Numbered from the stretch's first letter, positions 12,050 through 26,310 are shown. The stretch is DNA of 64,000 bases from Octopus sinensis (GCF_006345805.1 NC_043018.1:27652001-27716000), one strand, 5' to 3'. Made by a program: numbers and translations. The notes: a model not told the origin generated them from the sequence alone.

Positions 12050-12600
12050 CAAACCAGGAGTGAAGAGTACACAGCAGGAGTAAAGTACTGTCCACGCAAG
12101 AGTAATTCCTATTCAGCTAAGAGTAAGAAGTCTTTGACAAGGGCTACCTATGAATCTATATCTGGTAGGTGTAATTTAGACGGGAAGTTAGTTTTGTTGA
12201 ACCGTGTATAAGCATTGTGAAAAAGTAGTAAACTCCCTTCCCGAGTCATTCTGATACGTAGGGGTCAGTTTCCCTGTTTCCACAGCGTATATATTCGCCA
12301 CTTGGTCGGGACGCTGGTCCGTCGCAGGATGACTGATTTTTGCCAGCTGAGTGGACTGGAGCAACGTAAAAGGAAGTGTTTTACTCGAGAACACAACTCA
12401 TCACCCGATCCAGGAATCGAAACCACAATCTTACGATCGTGAGTCCAACACCCTAACCACTAAGCAACACTGAGTGCACTGGAGCAACGTGAAATGAAGT
12501 GTTTTGTTCAAGAACACAATGCGTTGCCCGGCCCAAGAATCGAAACCACAATCTTGCGATCATGAATCCAACACCCCTAACCACTAAGCCACGCACCTCC
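12050..12600 (-). mobile_element. SINE family B with duplicated head
   Basis: Two tandem reverse-complement heads (...gaatcgaaaccac...aacaccctaaccactaagc) at ~12380-12465 and ~12510-12600. Confidence 0.65.
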
Positions 12601-12712
12601 ACTGTGTAGCCACAAATAAATGTTATTTGGCCGAGTGAGTGTTGTTCGGCCGAGAATAACTGTTATTCAAGGTGGAGTAGTTGTTTTTGAACGAGGTGTC
12701 AGATTTGTTGAG

Positions 12713-13009
12713 CTTAGAAAGTAAGGATTCTGTTAATCCTTAAAATGTCTTTGATATAAATGCTAGGTGTGAAGTTTAAGGAAAGCGTTAGTGTCAATGA
12801 AACTGATATGAGTGTTTTACGTTGCTCCAGTCCACTCAGCTGGCAAAAATCAGTCATCCTGCGACGGTCCAGCGTCCCGACCAAGTGGCGAATATATACG
12901 CTGTGGAAACAGGGAAACTGACCCCTATGAATCAGTATGACTCAGGAAGGGAGTTTACTACTTTTTCACAATGCTTATACACGGTTCAACAAAACTAACT
13001 TCCCGTCTA
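12713..13009. repeat. Composite local duplication: direct copy of 8777-8881 fused to an inverted copy of 12177-12371
   Basis: A ~105-bp block nearly identical to 8777-8881, then 195 bp reverse-complementary to 12177-12371 with a handful of mismatches. Confidence 0.85.
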
Positions 13010-14235
13010 CTGTAACTGTTACTCAGTAACGAGTAAATTTTATTGAGCCAAGTGGTTGTGCTATTTAACTGTTCTCTATAAGGCATCGAGCTGGCAGAAT
13101 CGCAGCACGTCGGAAATTGATGCTTAACCGCATTTCTTCCCGATCTTTACATTTTAAGGTCGAATTCCAGTGAGGTCAACTTTACTTTTCACCCCTTCCG
13201 TGCTTAAATATAGCCGAATTTGAACTCAGAACGTGGAGACGAGCGAAATGTTGCTGAGTATTTAGTCTCACGTTTTACCGATTCTGCCAGCTTGCCGCCT
13301 TAATATCAGAGAAATAGTACCTGCTGGATACTAAGAAAACGTTTGGAAGGCCATGGTTGGGTTGTCTTGCAGCTAATCTACATCATCATCATTTTCTCCT
13401 TCTCACTCTCTCTATCTCTTTCTCTCTCTCTCACAAACACATACACACTACACCATAAATCATTTCCTCCATAAGTCCATAATACCCAACCGTCCACCCT
13501 CCCTCTGCCACTCACACCACTCCACCGACACTTTTCACCTCGGCACCATTCGTCCCAGCATCCACCCCGACTCTTTCCCCCAACATTTTGGGTCACAACC
13601 GAGCTTGTGTTTATATTTTGCGATGAGCCGGATGGCAGAGGAGAAAGAAACGAAAAAGCCAGAGGAAGAAGATGAAGAAGGTAGCAGAGAAAGAGGAGAA
13701 GGAAGAGAAGGAAAGGCGGAAGGGGTGGCGTAATTTATTAAAAAATATTTTCTTCTTGCTACTGATGACGTTTTGTTTTCGATATAAATTATTTTTCAAG
13801 AACACAGGACAAACAAAAAACAAAAACAGAGAAGGTATTAGTTGTTTACTAAACATGTGGGGGTTATTGAAAGGGCTAGAAAAGGGAGTGGATATCTTAT
13901 AAAATTGAGGAGGTTTGGTTTCGTAAACACATTACGTAAAAGGCGAAAATCGGCTTCAAAAATAATTATGATAATAAATTAAATAGACTTGGCTTTGTAG
14001 TTCAGAAGTACACATTGCTACCAAGGTGCTTTGGGTTCAGTCCCACTATACGGAACCTCGGGTGTCTTCTACAGCCTGAGGAGGGGGAATGCCTTGTGAG
14101 AGAATTTTATAAACGAAAACTGCGTGGAAGCGCACTGTATACACACACATTTACACATATACATACATGCGCACATACATACATACATACATACATACAT
14201 ACATACATACATACATACGTACACATATATATATA

Positions 14236-14269
<34 letters not shown>

Positions 14270-14271
<2 letters not shown>

Positions 14272-14660
14272 CCCTTTTACTTGTTTCAGTCATTTGACTC
14301 TGGCCATGCTGGAGCACAGCCTTTAGTAGAGCAAATCAACCCCAGAGCTTATTTTTCTAAGCCTAGTACTTATTCTATCAGTCTCTTTTGTAGAACTGCT
14401 AAGTTACGGGGAAGGTGAACACACCAGTATCGGTTGTCAAGCGATGTTGGGAGGACAAACACAGACACACGAACATATACACAGACATACATATACATAT
14501 ATATATACGACAGGCTTCTTCCAGTTTCCGTCTACCAAATCCACTCACAAGGATTTGGTCGGCCCGAGGCTATATTAGAAGACACTTGCCCAAGGTGCCA
14601 CGCAGTGGGACTGAACCTGGGACCATATGGTTGGTAAGCAAGCTACTCACCACACAGCCA
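14270..14660 (-). mobile_element. SINE family C, full length
   Basis: Reverse complement of the family C layout. Confidence 0.8.
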
Positions 14661-14689
14661 CTCCATACACATAATATTATTTAATTTCT

Positions 14690-15355
14690 TTTTCTCAATT
14701 CTTCTACATCTGCAAATTCCGTAGCACCAGCTTTCGTTCCCAGTGATGACCTTTGAAAATAGGTCCGGATCAACTTCCACGACACGCATTCATTCGTCAC
14801 TGCTTTTGATCTTGGGTGAGCAAACAAGCCACACACTTTGCTCCGACTCTTTTCATTCGTAATTCTACGCTCAAAATTCGTTGGCAAGAGCTTCAGGATA
14901 CACCACTCATATGAACAAGTTCGTCAATTGTTCGGTGACGGTCCTCCAAGATCAGTTCCTGAATTTTCGTGATGTTTTCATACGTTTCGGAGGCCGACGG
15001 TCGCCCTGGACCACGTTGGTCTTCAAGATACAAGTGACCGTTCCTAAAACGTGAAAAACCTCTCGTAAACCTGTGATTTGGTCGTGGCAGCAGCCTTGTA
15101 AGCTGCTTGAAACAAGACAGCTGTTTCGCCACCGTTTTCCCCAGCAGAAAACAGAATTTCACGAAAGCACGCTGCTTCTTCGCTTCAGACATCGCAAAAA
15201 TGGACGAACAGGGTAGAATCACTGCAAAACAAAGACGCACTACGTGGCAGTACGACATTAGCCGAAAGCGCCGGTCGGCAGACTGATGACTGAGTCTCGT
15301 ATCACGTGACTTCTAGCGACAGAACTACAGCGGATATGATCTTAACATTTTGATA
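14690..15355 (-). pseudogene. Mariner transposase pseudogene (N-terminal HTH to start of DDD domain)
   Basis: MSEAKKQRAFVKFCFLLGKT...FSRFRNG..LEDQRGPGRPSAS..ENITKIQELILEDRHRTIDEL...GVS, then frameshifted CQRILNVELRMKRVGAKCV..LLTQDQKQ. Confidence 0.85.
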
Positions 15356-15359
15356 GCCA

Positions 15360-17575
15360 TCCCATCAACACACACACCACACTCAATCACCAGCACACTC
15401 ACTCTGTTGATGAGCCCTTAGATGACTTTTAAGACCAGCTACTGACTGATAGGGTTTGAAATATTATTCAAGTTTCTTCTATATCTTTGCCCTTTGGAAT
15501 CTGATTCTGAAGGAATGTTTTCATGAACTAGCATACGTATTTTAAGTTCATATATTGTCTTACAAGTTTTTTGACATATAACACAAGTCGTAAGAGGCGG
15601 TTGGTGCCCAAGATCCTTACCTATCTGGGCATTACGATTATCATGTGACTTCATATGATTCATGTATCCTGCTTTTGACAACAGAACACGGTCACATATA
15701 ATACATATCCAATGTTCACTTTTGATTACAGTTCCAATTGTTCTTTTGCGACAGACCCTTTTAAATTCAGAGTGATGAATCATCTTTTCCTCCTAGGCAT
15801 CGCAACCACTCCTAATAGCACCTCTCCACTTGTTTATATTTAGTTTCATCAGGTTTTTCTTCACGCAGTCGTTATACCTTTTCCTCGGTTTAAGTTGCGG
15901 TCGCTTACAAGTGTTGATCTCACCGTAAAAAAGACGCTTTGGAAAAAGTTCGTCTATCATTCTAATAACATGTCCAGTCCATCTCATTTGAGCCAAGATA
16001 ACATGTTGTTCATTTGAGCTAGAATGTACCATGTGAAAAACTTCTGTATCTGGTATGAAACATTCCCACTTGACTCCTAAAATACGTCAGAGGCAGGTAT
16101 GATGAAATCTCTCCAGCATTTTTATATGACGCTTGTAAGTGGTCCACGTCTCACTTGAATAAAGAAGTGCAGTCAATAGACACGCTTTATAGACACTGAT
16201 TTTTGTCTGCAGGGAAATACCTGTATTCGCCCATAATTGCTTTCCAAATGCAACACTTCCCTTTCCTATTCGATTGCATATCTCCGCATAAAGTCTACCA
16301 TCTCTTGATAGTGTGCTTCCTAGATAAACAAAGGTGTCAACGACTTCTAACCTTGTTCTATTCACAAAAATGTATGGTTCAGAATATGTTTTTCCTGGCA
16401 AGGGAGTAAAAATTAATTTGATTACCCTCAGACTAATTGTGAGTTCCAAATGTACACATGCAGTGGAAATCTGTCCATTAAATGTTGCATATCCACCACC
16501 GGGTCAAATTTTAAAATACAACTAGATGTCCGAAACTTGATTCCGATTCCTCTGTTGCAATCCTTGAACGCATACTAAGGCAATGCAGCAAAATAAATAA
16601 AGTGTAGGGGAAGGAATATCTCCTTGTTTTACACCCTTGTATACCGAAAATTCGTGAGATAGCTCACCTTAAATACTACCTGGGCTTTCATGTGTCTGTG
16701 TAATTCCTTAAAGATTCTCACAAAATGTGTTGGGCAACCAAGTTTACACAAAACAATCCACAATGCCTTCCTGTTTACCGTGTCAAATGCCTTAGTTAAA
16801 TCTATGAAGACTGGTACAGTGGCATTTGTTCCTCTAAGCATTTCTCTTGAACCTGCCTCACATAAAACATCATGTTCATTGTTCCTCACTCAGATCTCAC
16901 ACCACAGTGTTCTTCAGAAATCACATGTAAACGCTCATTCTCAAGACGATCTAACATGATCCTTGAAAGTATGTTCCCGGAATGTGCCAAGTAAGTTATC
17001 CCTCTAGAATTACCACACACTGCTTTTAAACCCTTACTCTTGTATACGGAAATTAGAATGCCATTTATCCATTCTTGTGGCACAGAAGATTCATTCCAAA
17101 CTCGAATTATCACGGCATGAATTTCAGATGAAATATGATCCCCACATGCTGTCAGAATTTCACCTGGAATACCATCCAATCCAGGGGTTTTACCTGATCT
17201 CAGTTTAGATAATGCCAGATTTACTTCAATGAAAGGAGTATCGTTCATGTGCTTCACCATCTCTCTTTGCGGAATGTTGTTTATGATATTCATGTTCACT
17301 ACAGACGGATTGTGGAAAAGATCTGCAAAGGGTTCTCTTAATCTAGTCATTATTCCAGGAAGGTCTTTAATAATCTCATTTCCATTTATGACTTCAAGGG
17401 AATATATAATAATGAAGATTGTGGTCCAGGGGCTTGCCACAATAAATTATAGAAGCGTTTAATGTCTTTCCTGTCATAGGGTGCTTGTAATTCCCAGACA
17501 ATTTTTTCAACTATGTCTTTAAGCCGTTGCAAATCTGCTTTCTGAGACATGTACAACTTTCTTGGTTGCACTTTG
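15360..17575 (-). pseudogene. RTE-clade LINE, 5'-truncated and disrupted (RT + C-terminal C2H2-like fingers)
   Basis: GKTPGLDGIPGE, FIDLTKAFDTVNR, FVYLGSTLSRDG, KISVYKACLLTALLYSSETW, RWTGHVIRM...PKRLFYGE, CIICDRVLLSKAGYMNHMKSH. Confidence 0.92.
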
Positions 17576-17637
17576 TCCTTAACATTTGGGTCAACAAACT
17601 TTTCATGTATATATATATGTATGTATGTATATATGTA

Positions 17638-17685
<48 letters not shown>

Positions 17686-17745
17686 ATGTATGCATATATA
17701 ATATATATATATACATGTATATATGTATATATTTATATATGTATG

Positions 17746-17793
<48 letters not shown>

Positions 17794-18429
17794 GGGCATC
17801 CACGGTTTCCATCCACGAAATTCCTTCGGAAGTTATAGGCTGGTCAGGGGCAACAATAGAAGACACGTGCACCCAGTTCCATGCAGTTGAATTGAACCAG
17901 AATCATCGTTGTGAAACGAAACGACCACAGAGTCTGGGAGAAAAGTGGGGAGAGGTATGGAGCAGAGTAAAGAAACAGAAGAAAAAGAAGAAGAAAAAGA
18001 AGTGCAAAAAAAGAAGAGAAGAGAAAGAAGAAAAACGGAAGAGTAGGAATGAGAAAAAGAAGATGAAAAGAAAGAAGAAAAAGAAGAAACTGGTAGGTAG
18101 ATTCACTTTACGTAAATACCATCTATGACCTCTACCGCTACCCCTACCTCTCCCAACACCCTATCTCCGATTCTACTTCCACCTCCACCATCTCCTTTCC
18201 CTCCTTCCCGTTCCTCCTCTTCTCACACCCACCCCGGCACCGACCCGCACCAGCTGGCCCGAGTGCAGCAGAACCGCCGACGTAAACACTGTAATAATGT
18301 TGACCATTGTTGCAATTATTTCAACGGTTCCATTCAGTCTCAGATATTTGATTTAAGAATGTTTTCTTCTTCGCTTCCTTCCTCAGCCATACTTTAAACT
18401 AATAATAACAACAACAACAACAAAAATAA

Positions 18430-18630
18430 TATTGGATTCTATTTTTGGTACAAGGCCAGCAGTTTCGGGGGACGGGGTAAGACGATTACATCAACCCCAG
18501 CGCCCAATTGGTACATAAGTTATCTACAAGGTTGGCCTCGGCGGAATTTGAACTCAGAACGTTGCGACAGACGAAATACCACTAAGCATTTCGCCCGGTG
18601 TGCTAACGATTCTGCCAGCTCACCATCTTT

Positions 18631-18669
<39 letters not shown>

Positions 18670-18912
18670 ATACTAATAATAATAATAATAATAAATAATA
18701 CTAATAATAATATTAATAATGCTTTCTACTATAGGCACAAGGCCTGAAATTTAGGGGGAGGGGTTAAGTCGATTACATCGACCTCAGTACTCAATTGGTA
18801 CTTAATTTATCGACCCCGAAAGGATGAAAGGTAAAGTCGACCTCGGTGGAACTTGAACTCAACGTAGCAACGGGAGAAATACCGTGAAGAATTTCGCCCG
18901 GCGTGCTAACGA
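18430..18912 (-). mobile_element. Two SINE family A copies separated by (TAC)n/(TAA)n
   Basis: Copies at ~18430-18630 and ~18720-18912. Confidence 0.8.
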
Positions 18913-18914
18913 TT

Positions 18915-19757
18915 TTAAAAGCAATAACGTAACTCTTCACAAATGTAAATACACAAGACAAAGAGCGTGATGGGATTGCAATAGATATTTTATTGGTTGA
19001 ACGATATTTTGACAGCAAGCCTGTCTTTGTCGAGTTCAAAATGAAAGGTGATAAGAATTTAAAATTATAGAAATTCAAATCTAAAATATGAACGAGAACA
19101 ACTAGCGTCCACACGTTGATAGGATGACATCATCAGTCTTCAAGTTTCAATTTTACAATTGGCGAAAAGAAAAAGGAAGAAAAAAAGAGAAAAGGAAAGA
19201 AAAAGAAAAGGAAAAAGAAGAATATTTAATCAAGCAGCTTTGTGTAAATTTTGTGTAAATGCTCCTGTCATTTTATTCTTTCCTCCAGGGCAAACATATT
19301 TCTCTTCATACATTTTGAATATTGAAAGTGTATCAGATTCATAGTGTTTTCTCGGAATATGCACTTTCAAGTTTTTTTCAAAATTGCAGCCTTATGATGC
19401 AAACTGTTCAGCAAATGTGGTCGAACTACTGTTATTGGGCCTAACGTCATATCTGTGTCCATTAACTCTTTTGTTTAAATCAAGTTGTGTTTCATGCATT
19501 CTGCTGCGTACACCATTTTAGAATCTCTACATGTCCCACGATCTGTATAAATCATAACATTTTTGTTATGGTTCCTGATGGAATTCCCTTGACTCATGTT
19601 GTTGCACGATGAACAGGGTTTATCTCTCTTGCGGCTGTACAGCGTGCAGATACTCCCATCTTAGTTTTCTTGGAGTCAGAAGTAGAGGTTAATAGTTCTC
19701 TGATATTTTCATTCTGTCTAAAGATTCCAATAGGCGGCTGAGGAAATATTTGAAAGG
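18915..19757 (-). mobile_element. Penelope-like element relic: RT-EN linker, Cys-rich segment, GIY-YIG endonuclease remnant and 3' pseudo-LTR
   Basis: Manual translation across frameshifts: IFPQPPIGIFRQNENIRELLTS / RKRDKPCSSCNNM...GTCRDSKMVYAAECMKHNLI / NKRVNGHRYDV...FAEQFAS*GCNFEKNLKVHI...YEEKYVC. The YIG half appears deleted. Confidence 0.8.
19093..19142 (-). ncRNA. Decayed hammerhead in the pseudo-LTR of the Penelope-like relic
   Basis: gaaga-CTGATGA-tGTC atcctatcaacgtgtg GAC-G[AAA missing]-CTAG-TT-gttctc. Palindromic CTAG stem III, located downstream of the endonuclease end. Confidence 0.35.
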
Positions 19758-20130
19758 ATGGAAGGCAAAGTCGACGTCGGTGGAATTTGATGTCAACGTA
19801 TAGCAGCAGACGAAAGAATGCTAAGCATTTTGTCCGGCGTCAAACGATTCTGCCTGCTCGTCGCCCTATTAATACTAATAATAATGATAATTATCATAAT
19901 AATAATAATAATAATAATAACCTTTTCTATAGGCTCAAGGCCTGAAATTTGGTGGAGGAGGATAGTCGATTATATCGACCCCAGTATTTCTCTGGTACTT
20001 CATTCATCGACCCCGAAAGGAGGAAAGGCAAAGTCGACCTCGGCGGAATTTGAACTCAGAATGTAGCGGGAGACGAAATACCACTAAGCATTTCGCCCGG
20101 CGTCCTAACAATTCTAACAGCTCACCACCT
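19755..20130 (-). mobile_element. SINE family A: truncated copy and full copy
   Basis: Copies at ~19755-19860 and ~19920-20130, separated by (TAA)n. Confidence 0.8.
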
Positions 20131-20133
20131 TAC

Positions 20134-20200
<67 letters not shown>

Positions 20201-20410
20201 TTCAGACAAATACATAACAAAAACACCAGGACTTACAAACACATATAACATACAGAAAATTGCACTACTAGGCACTGCACACATCCTACGCAGAACACTT
20301 TCCATACAATAACTACCAGAGCATCACAACAAATCACAGCACATACCCAAGGCACACAGACCTGCGCTCGGTAGTGAAGTGAAAGCACGCTATAAAAATA
20401 AAACTACTGA
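20201..20410 (+). mobile_element. R4/Dong-type LINE 3' end (second family)
   Basis: SDKYITKTPGLTNTYNIQKIALLGTAHILRRTLSIQ* plus a 3' UTR, embedded in (TAA)n. Confidence 0.75.
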
Positions 20411-20413
20411 ATG

Positions 20414-20453
<40 letters not shown>

Positions 20454-20478
20454 TAATAATAATAATAATAAAAATAAA

Positions 20479-20526
<48 letters not shown>

Positions 20527-20530
<4 letters not shown>

Positions 20531-23500
20531 GATGCTCGTCATGCTTCAAGGTCAACAAATCAAACAATAAACCGCATTGGTCATTGCGCGGATTACAAAA
20601 GACCACGTACCCGAAAATTGAACCAAATCCTGATTGAAAAATCAGTTACTGGATCAAATCTTCCCAACACACAGGAGCTGGACGAACCCCACAACCGGAA
20701 TATTCCAACAGATGGCCATCCATGCTCATCACCAAATAATCAAAAAAAAGAAGGAAAATGGTCTAGGAAGATAATAAAGAAGTTCTTGAGGCCTTCTACC
20801 ATGCCATATATTTCCCCACAGATAAGTCTAGCACTGTACAAGCATACTTAAACTGGAGACAGAAACACCCTGAAGTAAGACCCTACATGACAGTAACAAG
20901 CTTGCCAATGTTAGAAGAAACATTATAAAAAAAAATTACTGACTGAAGTAGAGATTGATCAGATTAGACAAGCAATATCGGATAAAATGAACGAAGCTGC
21001 AGCTAGAGAAGATAATACAGAGGAAATGATATACCAGCCCAGGGCGGATAAAAACGAAGAGAGGATTGAAAGAGTTAGTATAAGTGATAGGCAAAGTGAA
21101 ATACGCCCTGAACCAATCATAAACACTAAGACAGATGAGCATCAAATAGATAAAGAAAGTCACACAAATATTGACCCAACAGAACTACATGAGCTAAAAA
21201 ATCAAATCATGATTGAATGGCTGAAAATTAAAGAAACCAACATGGATGAGCGTGATACACTTCCTAAAATCCGCAACTCTAACCAAAACATGAAAATAAT
21301 TGGTAAAATCCGGCTTGCACTTAAGGATATAATTTCAGTTAATGATGTTGATATCACAAACCTCAACCACCTATACTATGCATCCGCGAAAATCTCAACG
21401 ATCCTATGTGGTGTAAAGATTAGAAAACGGCAACAGTCCCACAAAAAGCCTTCTTGGCAAGAGCGTCTGCAACAACAAATTAACATATTTAGATCTGACA
21501 TTGAATTTTGAAAAACCTAAGGCTCACAAGACTACCAAACCTACAAAAACCCAAAAATTACTGAAAAAATACAATATGAAAACTATACTTGATATTGATG
21601 CCACCATAGAAACCATCAAACAAAAGGTATCTGCCAAAGCTGCCCGCATAGCGAGGTATGAAAAGCGTGTTAGATTTTTCAAGGACAACAACATGTTCAA
21701 AAATAACACCAAGAATTTTTACAGGAAGATAGGAAAAACAGCGTTTACTGCAGGGTCTGTACCATCAAAAGAAGAAGTGCAGAGATTTTGGAATAAAATC
21801 TGGGCAGAAGAAAAACAACACAACGAAAAGGCCCCCTGGATTGACAGAATATCTACAGAACTGGACCCCTTAGAAGAGCAAAAGTGGGAGGATGTCAAGG
21901 TAGAAGATATAAGATCTGCTCTCAGGAGGTCAAGCAAATGGAAGTCTCCAGGAAAGGATAAAATTCCTAACTTCTGGCTGAATGCCTTCCCAGAGAGCCA
22001 TGAACTGCTAACAGAACTGTACAATGATGTTTTGCAACACCCTAGTAGGATGCCTCCTTGGCTAGTTAATGGGTTAACATTCCTGCTTCCAAAAAGTGAA
22101 GAAACAAATGAACCAAAAAACTATAGACCCATAACCTGCTTAACAACTATGTACAAAACACTAACATCTGTCCTGACGGAATATACCTATAGTTTTTTAA
22201 CAGACAGCAGCATATTCCCTAATGAACAGAAAGGATGTAAACGTGGATCCTACGGCTGTAAAGACCAACTACTCATCAATAAGATGATCTTAGAAGATTG
22301 TCACAAACGACACAAAAACTTATCAATAGCCTGGATAGACTATAAAAAGGCTTTTGATAGCCTACCACATAGCTGGATTAGGAAATGCCTTGAAATATAT
22401 AAGATAGCACCAACTCTGCGAAACTTCTTGACTGTAAGTATGAGATCATGGAGAACCACACTAACTCTGAACAGTGACAGTGAATCCCTAAATGCTGGTG
22501 ATGTAAAAATTTCGTGTGGCATTTTCCAGGGTGACTCACTGTCACCACTCCTCTTTTGTTTATCCTTAATACCTCTCTCAAAGCTGCTCAATGACGCGCA
22601 GTACGGGTATAATGTTTGATAAAAATATAAATCATCTCGTTTACATGGATGATTTAAAGCTTTTTGCAAAAAATGATCAACAACTCAAGGGCTTACTAGC
22701 GATAGTCAAACAATTCAGTGACGACATCAGAATGCAATTCGGCCTCGATAAATGTGCCAAGGCTACGTTTATCAAAGGAAAAATGACAGAACATCTAACG
22801 TTAACTTGACCAACAGAATGTCATAAAAGAACTAGACCCAGCGGAGAGCTACAAGTACCTAGGGGCAATTGAAGGGAACGGAATAAGGCATTCAGAGATG
22901 AAGGAAAGGATCAGGAGAGAATGCTATCGAAGAGTGAGAGCAATACTCAAGACAGAGCTGAATGCAAGAAACAGATCGAAGCAATCAATGCATTAGCTAT
23001 ACCAGTCGTGACTTACAGTTTCAATATTGTTAACTGGTCAATTACTGAAATATGTCAGCTCGACAGAAAAATAAGGAAACTGTTAACAATGCATAGAATG
23101 CACCACCCTAAGGCAGATACAGAACGACTCTATCTGCCAAGAAAAGAGGGAGGCCGTGGTCTTTTGCAACTGGCAATAACAATGAAGATTGCTACAATTG
23201 GCCTAGACACCTACCTGAAAAACTCTGAGGACTGGATATTAAAACTTGTCTCAAAACATGAAAACAAGAAAGCATCATACTCAGTCCACAAACAGGCAAA
23301 GAATATCTAAGTGAATTCCGAATACAACCAATTTCGGAATTAGAGATAGATATACAAGAACAAGCACAGAAAAAGCTAGGCGCATGAAAACCCGTGCCAA
23401 AACTGCGGCCTTAGATATTCTGAATAATAAATGGCAAGAAAAACCTCTCTATGGCAAATACCCAAAGAGAGCGAATAATGCAGATATCGACAAAGCCCTG

Positions 23501-24400
23501 ACCCATCAATGGCTAATGGCCTCTGGCTTAAAATCTGAAACAGAGGGGTTTATCATAGCAGCTCAAGATCAATGCCTACCAACAAGAAACTACCAGGCCA
23601 ACATATTAAAGATCAGAAGCAGTCCAACGTGTCGTGTATGCAAGCAACAAATGAAACCATTGACCATGTGGTCTCCAAGTGCAGTCTTCTAGCGCCTACA
23701 GAGTATCTCAACAGGCACGATAGAGCTGCACAATATATTCACTGGGTAATCTGTAAAAACCTGGATTTGCCCCATGAAAAAAACTGGTGGGAACACAAAC
23801 CACCCCCAGTGCTTGAAAATGACCACATCTCACTCCTCTGGAACTTCACCATTCAAACTGACAGGAAGATAGATGCAAATAGGCCAGACATCATATTGAA
23901 AGACTTCAAACAAAGAACATGCCTCCTCATTGATATGACTGTCCCAATCGATATTAACGTATCTGTCAAGACCTACCAAAAACTGAGCAAATATAAAGAT
24001 CTTGAAATAGAAATCAGCAAAATGTGGAAGCTGAAGACTAAAACAATACCTGTTGTCATAGGTGCCCTGGGAATGATAGCAAAAGGGCTGATAGCTACCT
24101 AACTCAGATACCAGGAAACCCAAAAATGGCAGAAGTTCAAAAGATAGTGCTCATGGGAACTGCTCATATCCTACGCAAAATACTCTCTATGTAATCTCAG
24201 GTTTAAAACAAACATAATTTTCGGTTTAAAAAAAAAAAAATTTTTTTTTAGACATTCATTAGTACAACATCCCCACCCCCCAAATATATGGCACACTAGG
24301 CATAACAACAACATGAACTTCCAACCCTGTTGTCTCTTGAGGTCTCTGGGTGAGACTTGGAGCCAACTTGTACAAATATAAAGCAAAAGTCAAACATAGA
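20527..24400 (+). mobile_element. Near full-length R4/Dong-clade LINE (RT + CCHC + restriction-like endonuclease) inserted in (TAA)n
   Basis: Motifs QKGCKRGSYGCKDQLL, WIDYKKAFDS, GIFQGDSLSPLLF, YMDDLKL, CRVC...HVVSKC, RPDII...LIDMTVP...KLSKYKDL. (TAA)n on both flanks. Confidence 0.93.
20760..24194 (+). pseudogene. R4/Dong ORF broken into ~7 frame segments
   Basis: ORF-track pieces 20987-21511, 21501-22619, 22591-22809, 22921-23310, 23384-23692 and 23572-24102, plus a terminal segment ...QKIVLMGTAHILRKILSM* (stop at 24192-24194). Pieces are joined by frameshifts. Confidence 0.85.
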
Positions 24401-24426
24401 ATAATAATAATAATAATAATAATAAC

Positions 24427-24670
24427 GGCAGAAATTCAAAAGATAGTGCTCATGGGAACTACTCATATCCTACGCAAAATACTTTCTATGTAATCTCAAG
24501 GTTTAAAACAAACATTTTTTTTTAGACATCCACTAGTACAACACAAAAAACAACCAAATATATGGCACACTAGGCATAACAACAACGTGAACCTCCAACA
24601 TGTTGTCTCTTGAGGTCTCCGGGTGAGACTTGGAGCCAACTTGTACAAATATAAAGCAAAAGTCAAACAT
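24427..24670 (+). mobile_element. Second 3' end of the same R4/Dong family, in tandem
   Basis: Close paralogue of 24128-24400, ending aagtcaaacata(taa)n. Confidence 0.85.
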
Positions 24671-24689
24671 ATAATAATAATAATAACAA

Positions 24690-24784
<95 letters not shown>

Positions 24785-25306
24785 GGCTCCTGATCTTAAC
24801 CGATTGGAAGTGTTATCATGTACATTGTTTTGTCTTGGTATAAAAGATGGGCTACCGCAAATATTCTGCTCAATATCACAGATTTGCTTGTCAGTTGTTT
24901 GACCTTAACCAGTTGAGCATGTCCCTTAGTGGCTGACGATATGTGCATCTCTGATCACGAGCAGAAGTAGTGGGGGAGCATCATAGCCATGTGTTGAGAG
25001 GGATTCTTTGGGATTTGAATAATTCACCTCTGGAAACATGGGTGATTCTTTCAACATCCTTAAACAACCCTTATTCAGGGACCTTTTGAGCGGGATGGGC
25101 TACTCAACCTGAAGAAAATTCTAACTGGGCCCCACCTGCAAGGTCATGTACTGTTTATCTTGATATGAGATCACCATGTCACGCTCATATGGTTGTGATG
25201 CATGTGCCTGGTGTACCCTTATCAGATGGGTAGTCATGATGGGTATATTAGGCTTCGCATATTTTACCCCAGTGTCACTTTGATGGCATGAACTGCTCTC
25301 TCACTC
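24785..25306 (+). mobile_element. ~0.55-kb non-coding element with (TAA)n tail
   Basis: gatcttaac..attggaagtgttatcatg...ctgctctctcactc(aat)n. Paralogues at 26311-26690, 26679-27125, 34340-34530 (-) and 36030-36320 (-). Confidence 0.8.
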
Positions 25307-25320
25307 AATAATAATAATAA

Positions 25321-26051
<731 letters not shown>

Positions 26052-26111
26052 TAATAATAATAATGATAATATAATAGTAGTAGTAGTAATAATAAAATAA
26101 TAATAATAATG

Positions 26112-26153
<42 letters not shown>

Positions 26154-26226
26154 TATAATAATAATAATAATAATAGTAGTAGTAGTAGTAATAATAATAA
26201 TAATAATAATAATAATAGTAGTAGTA

Positions 26227-26271
<45 letters not shown>

Positions 26272-26274
26272 ATG

Positions 26275-26310
<36 letters not shown>

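Noticed and set aside
13632-13902. Charged K/E-rich ORFs
   Set aside because: Purine-rich low-complexity sequence with no family signature.
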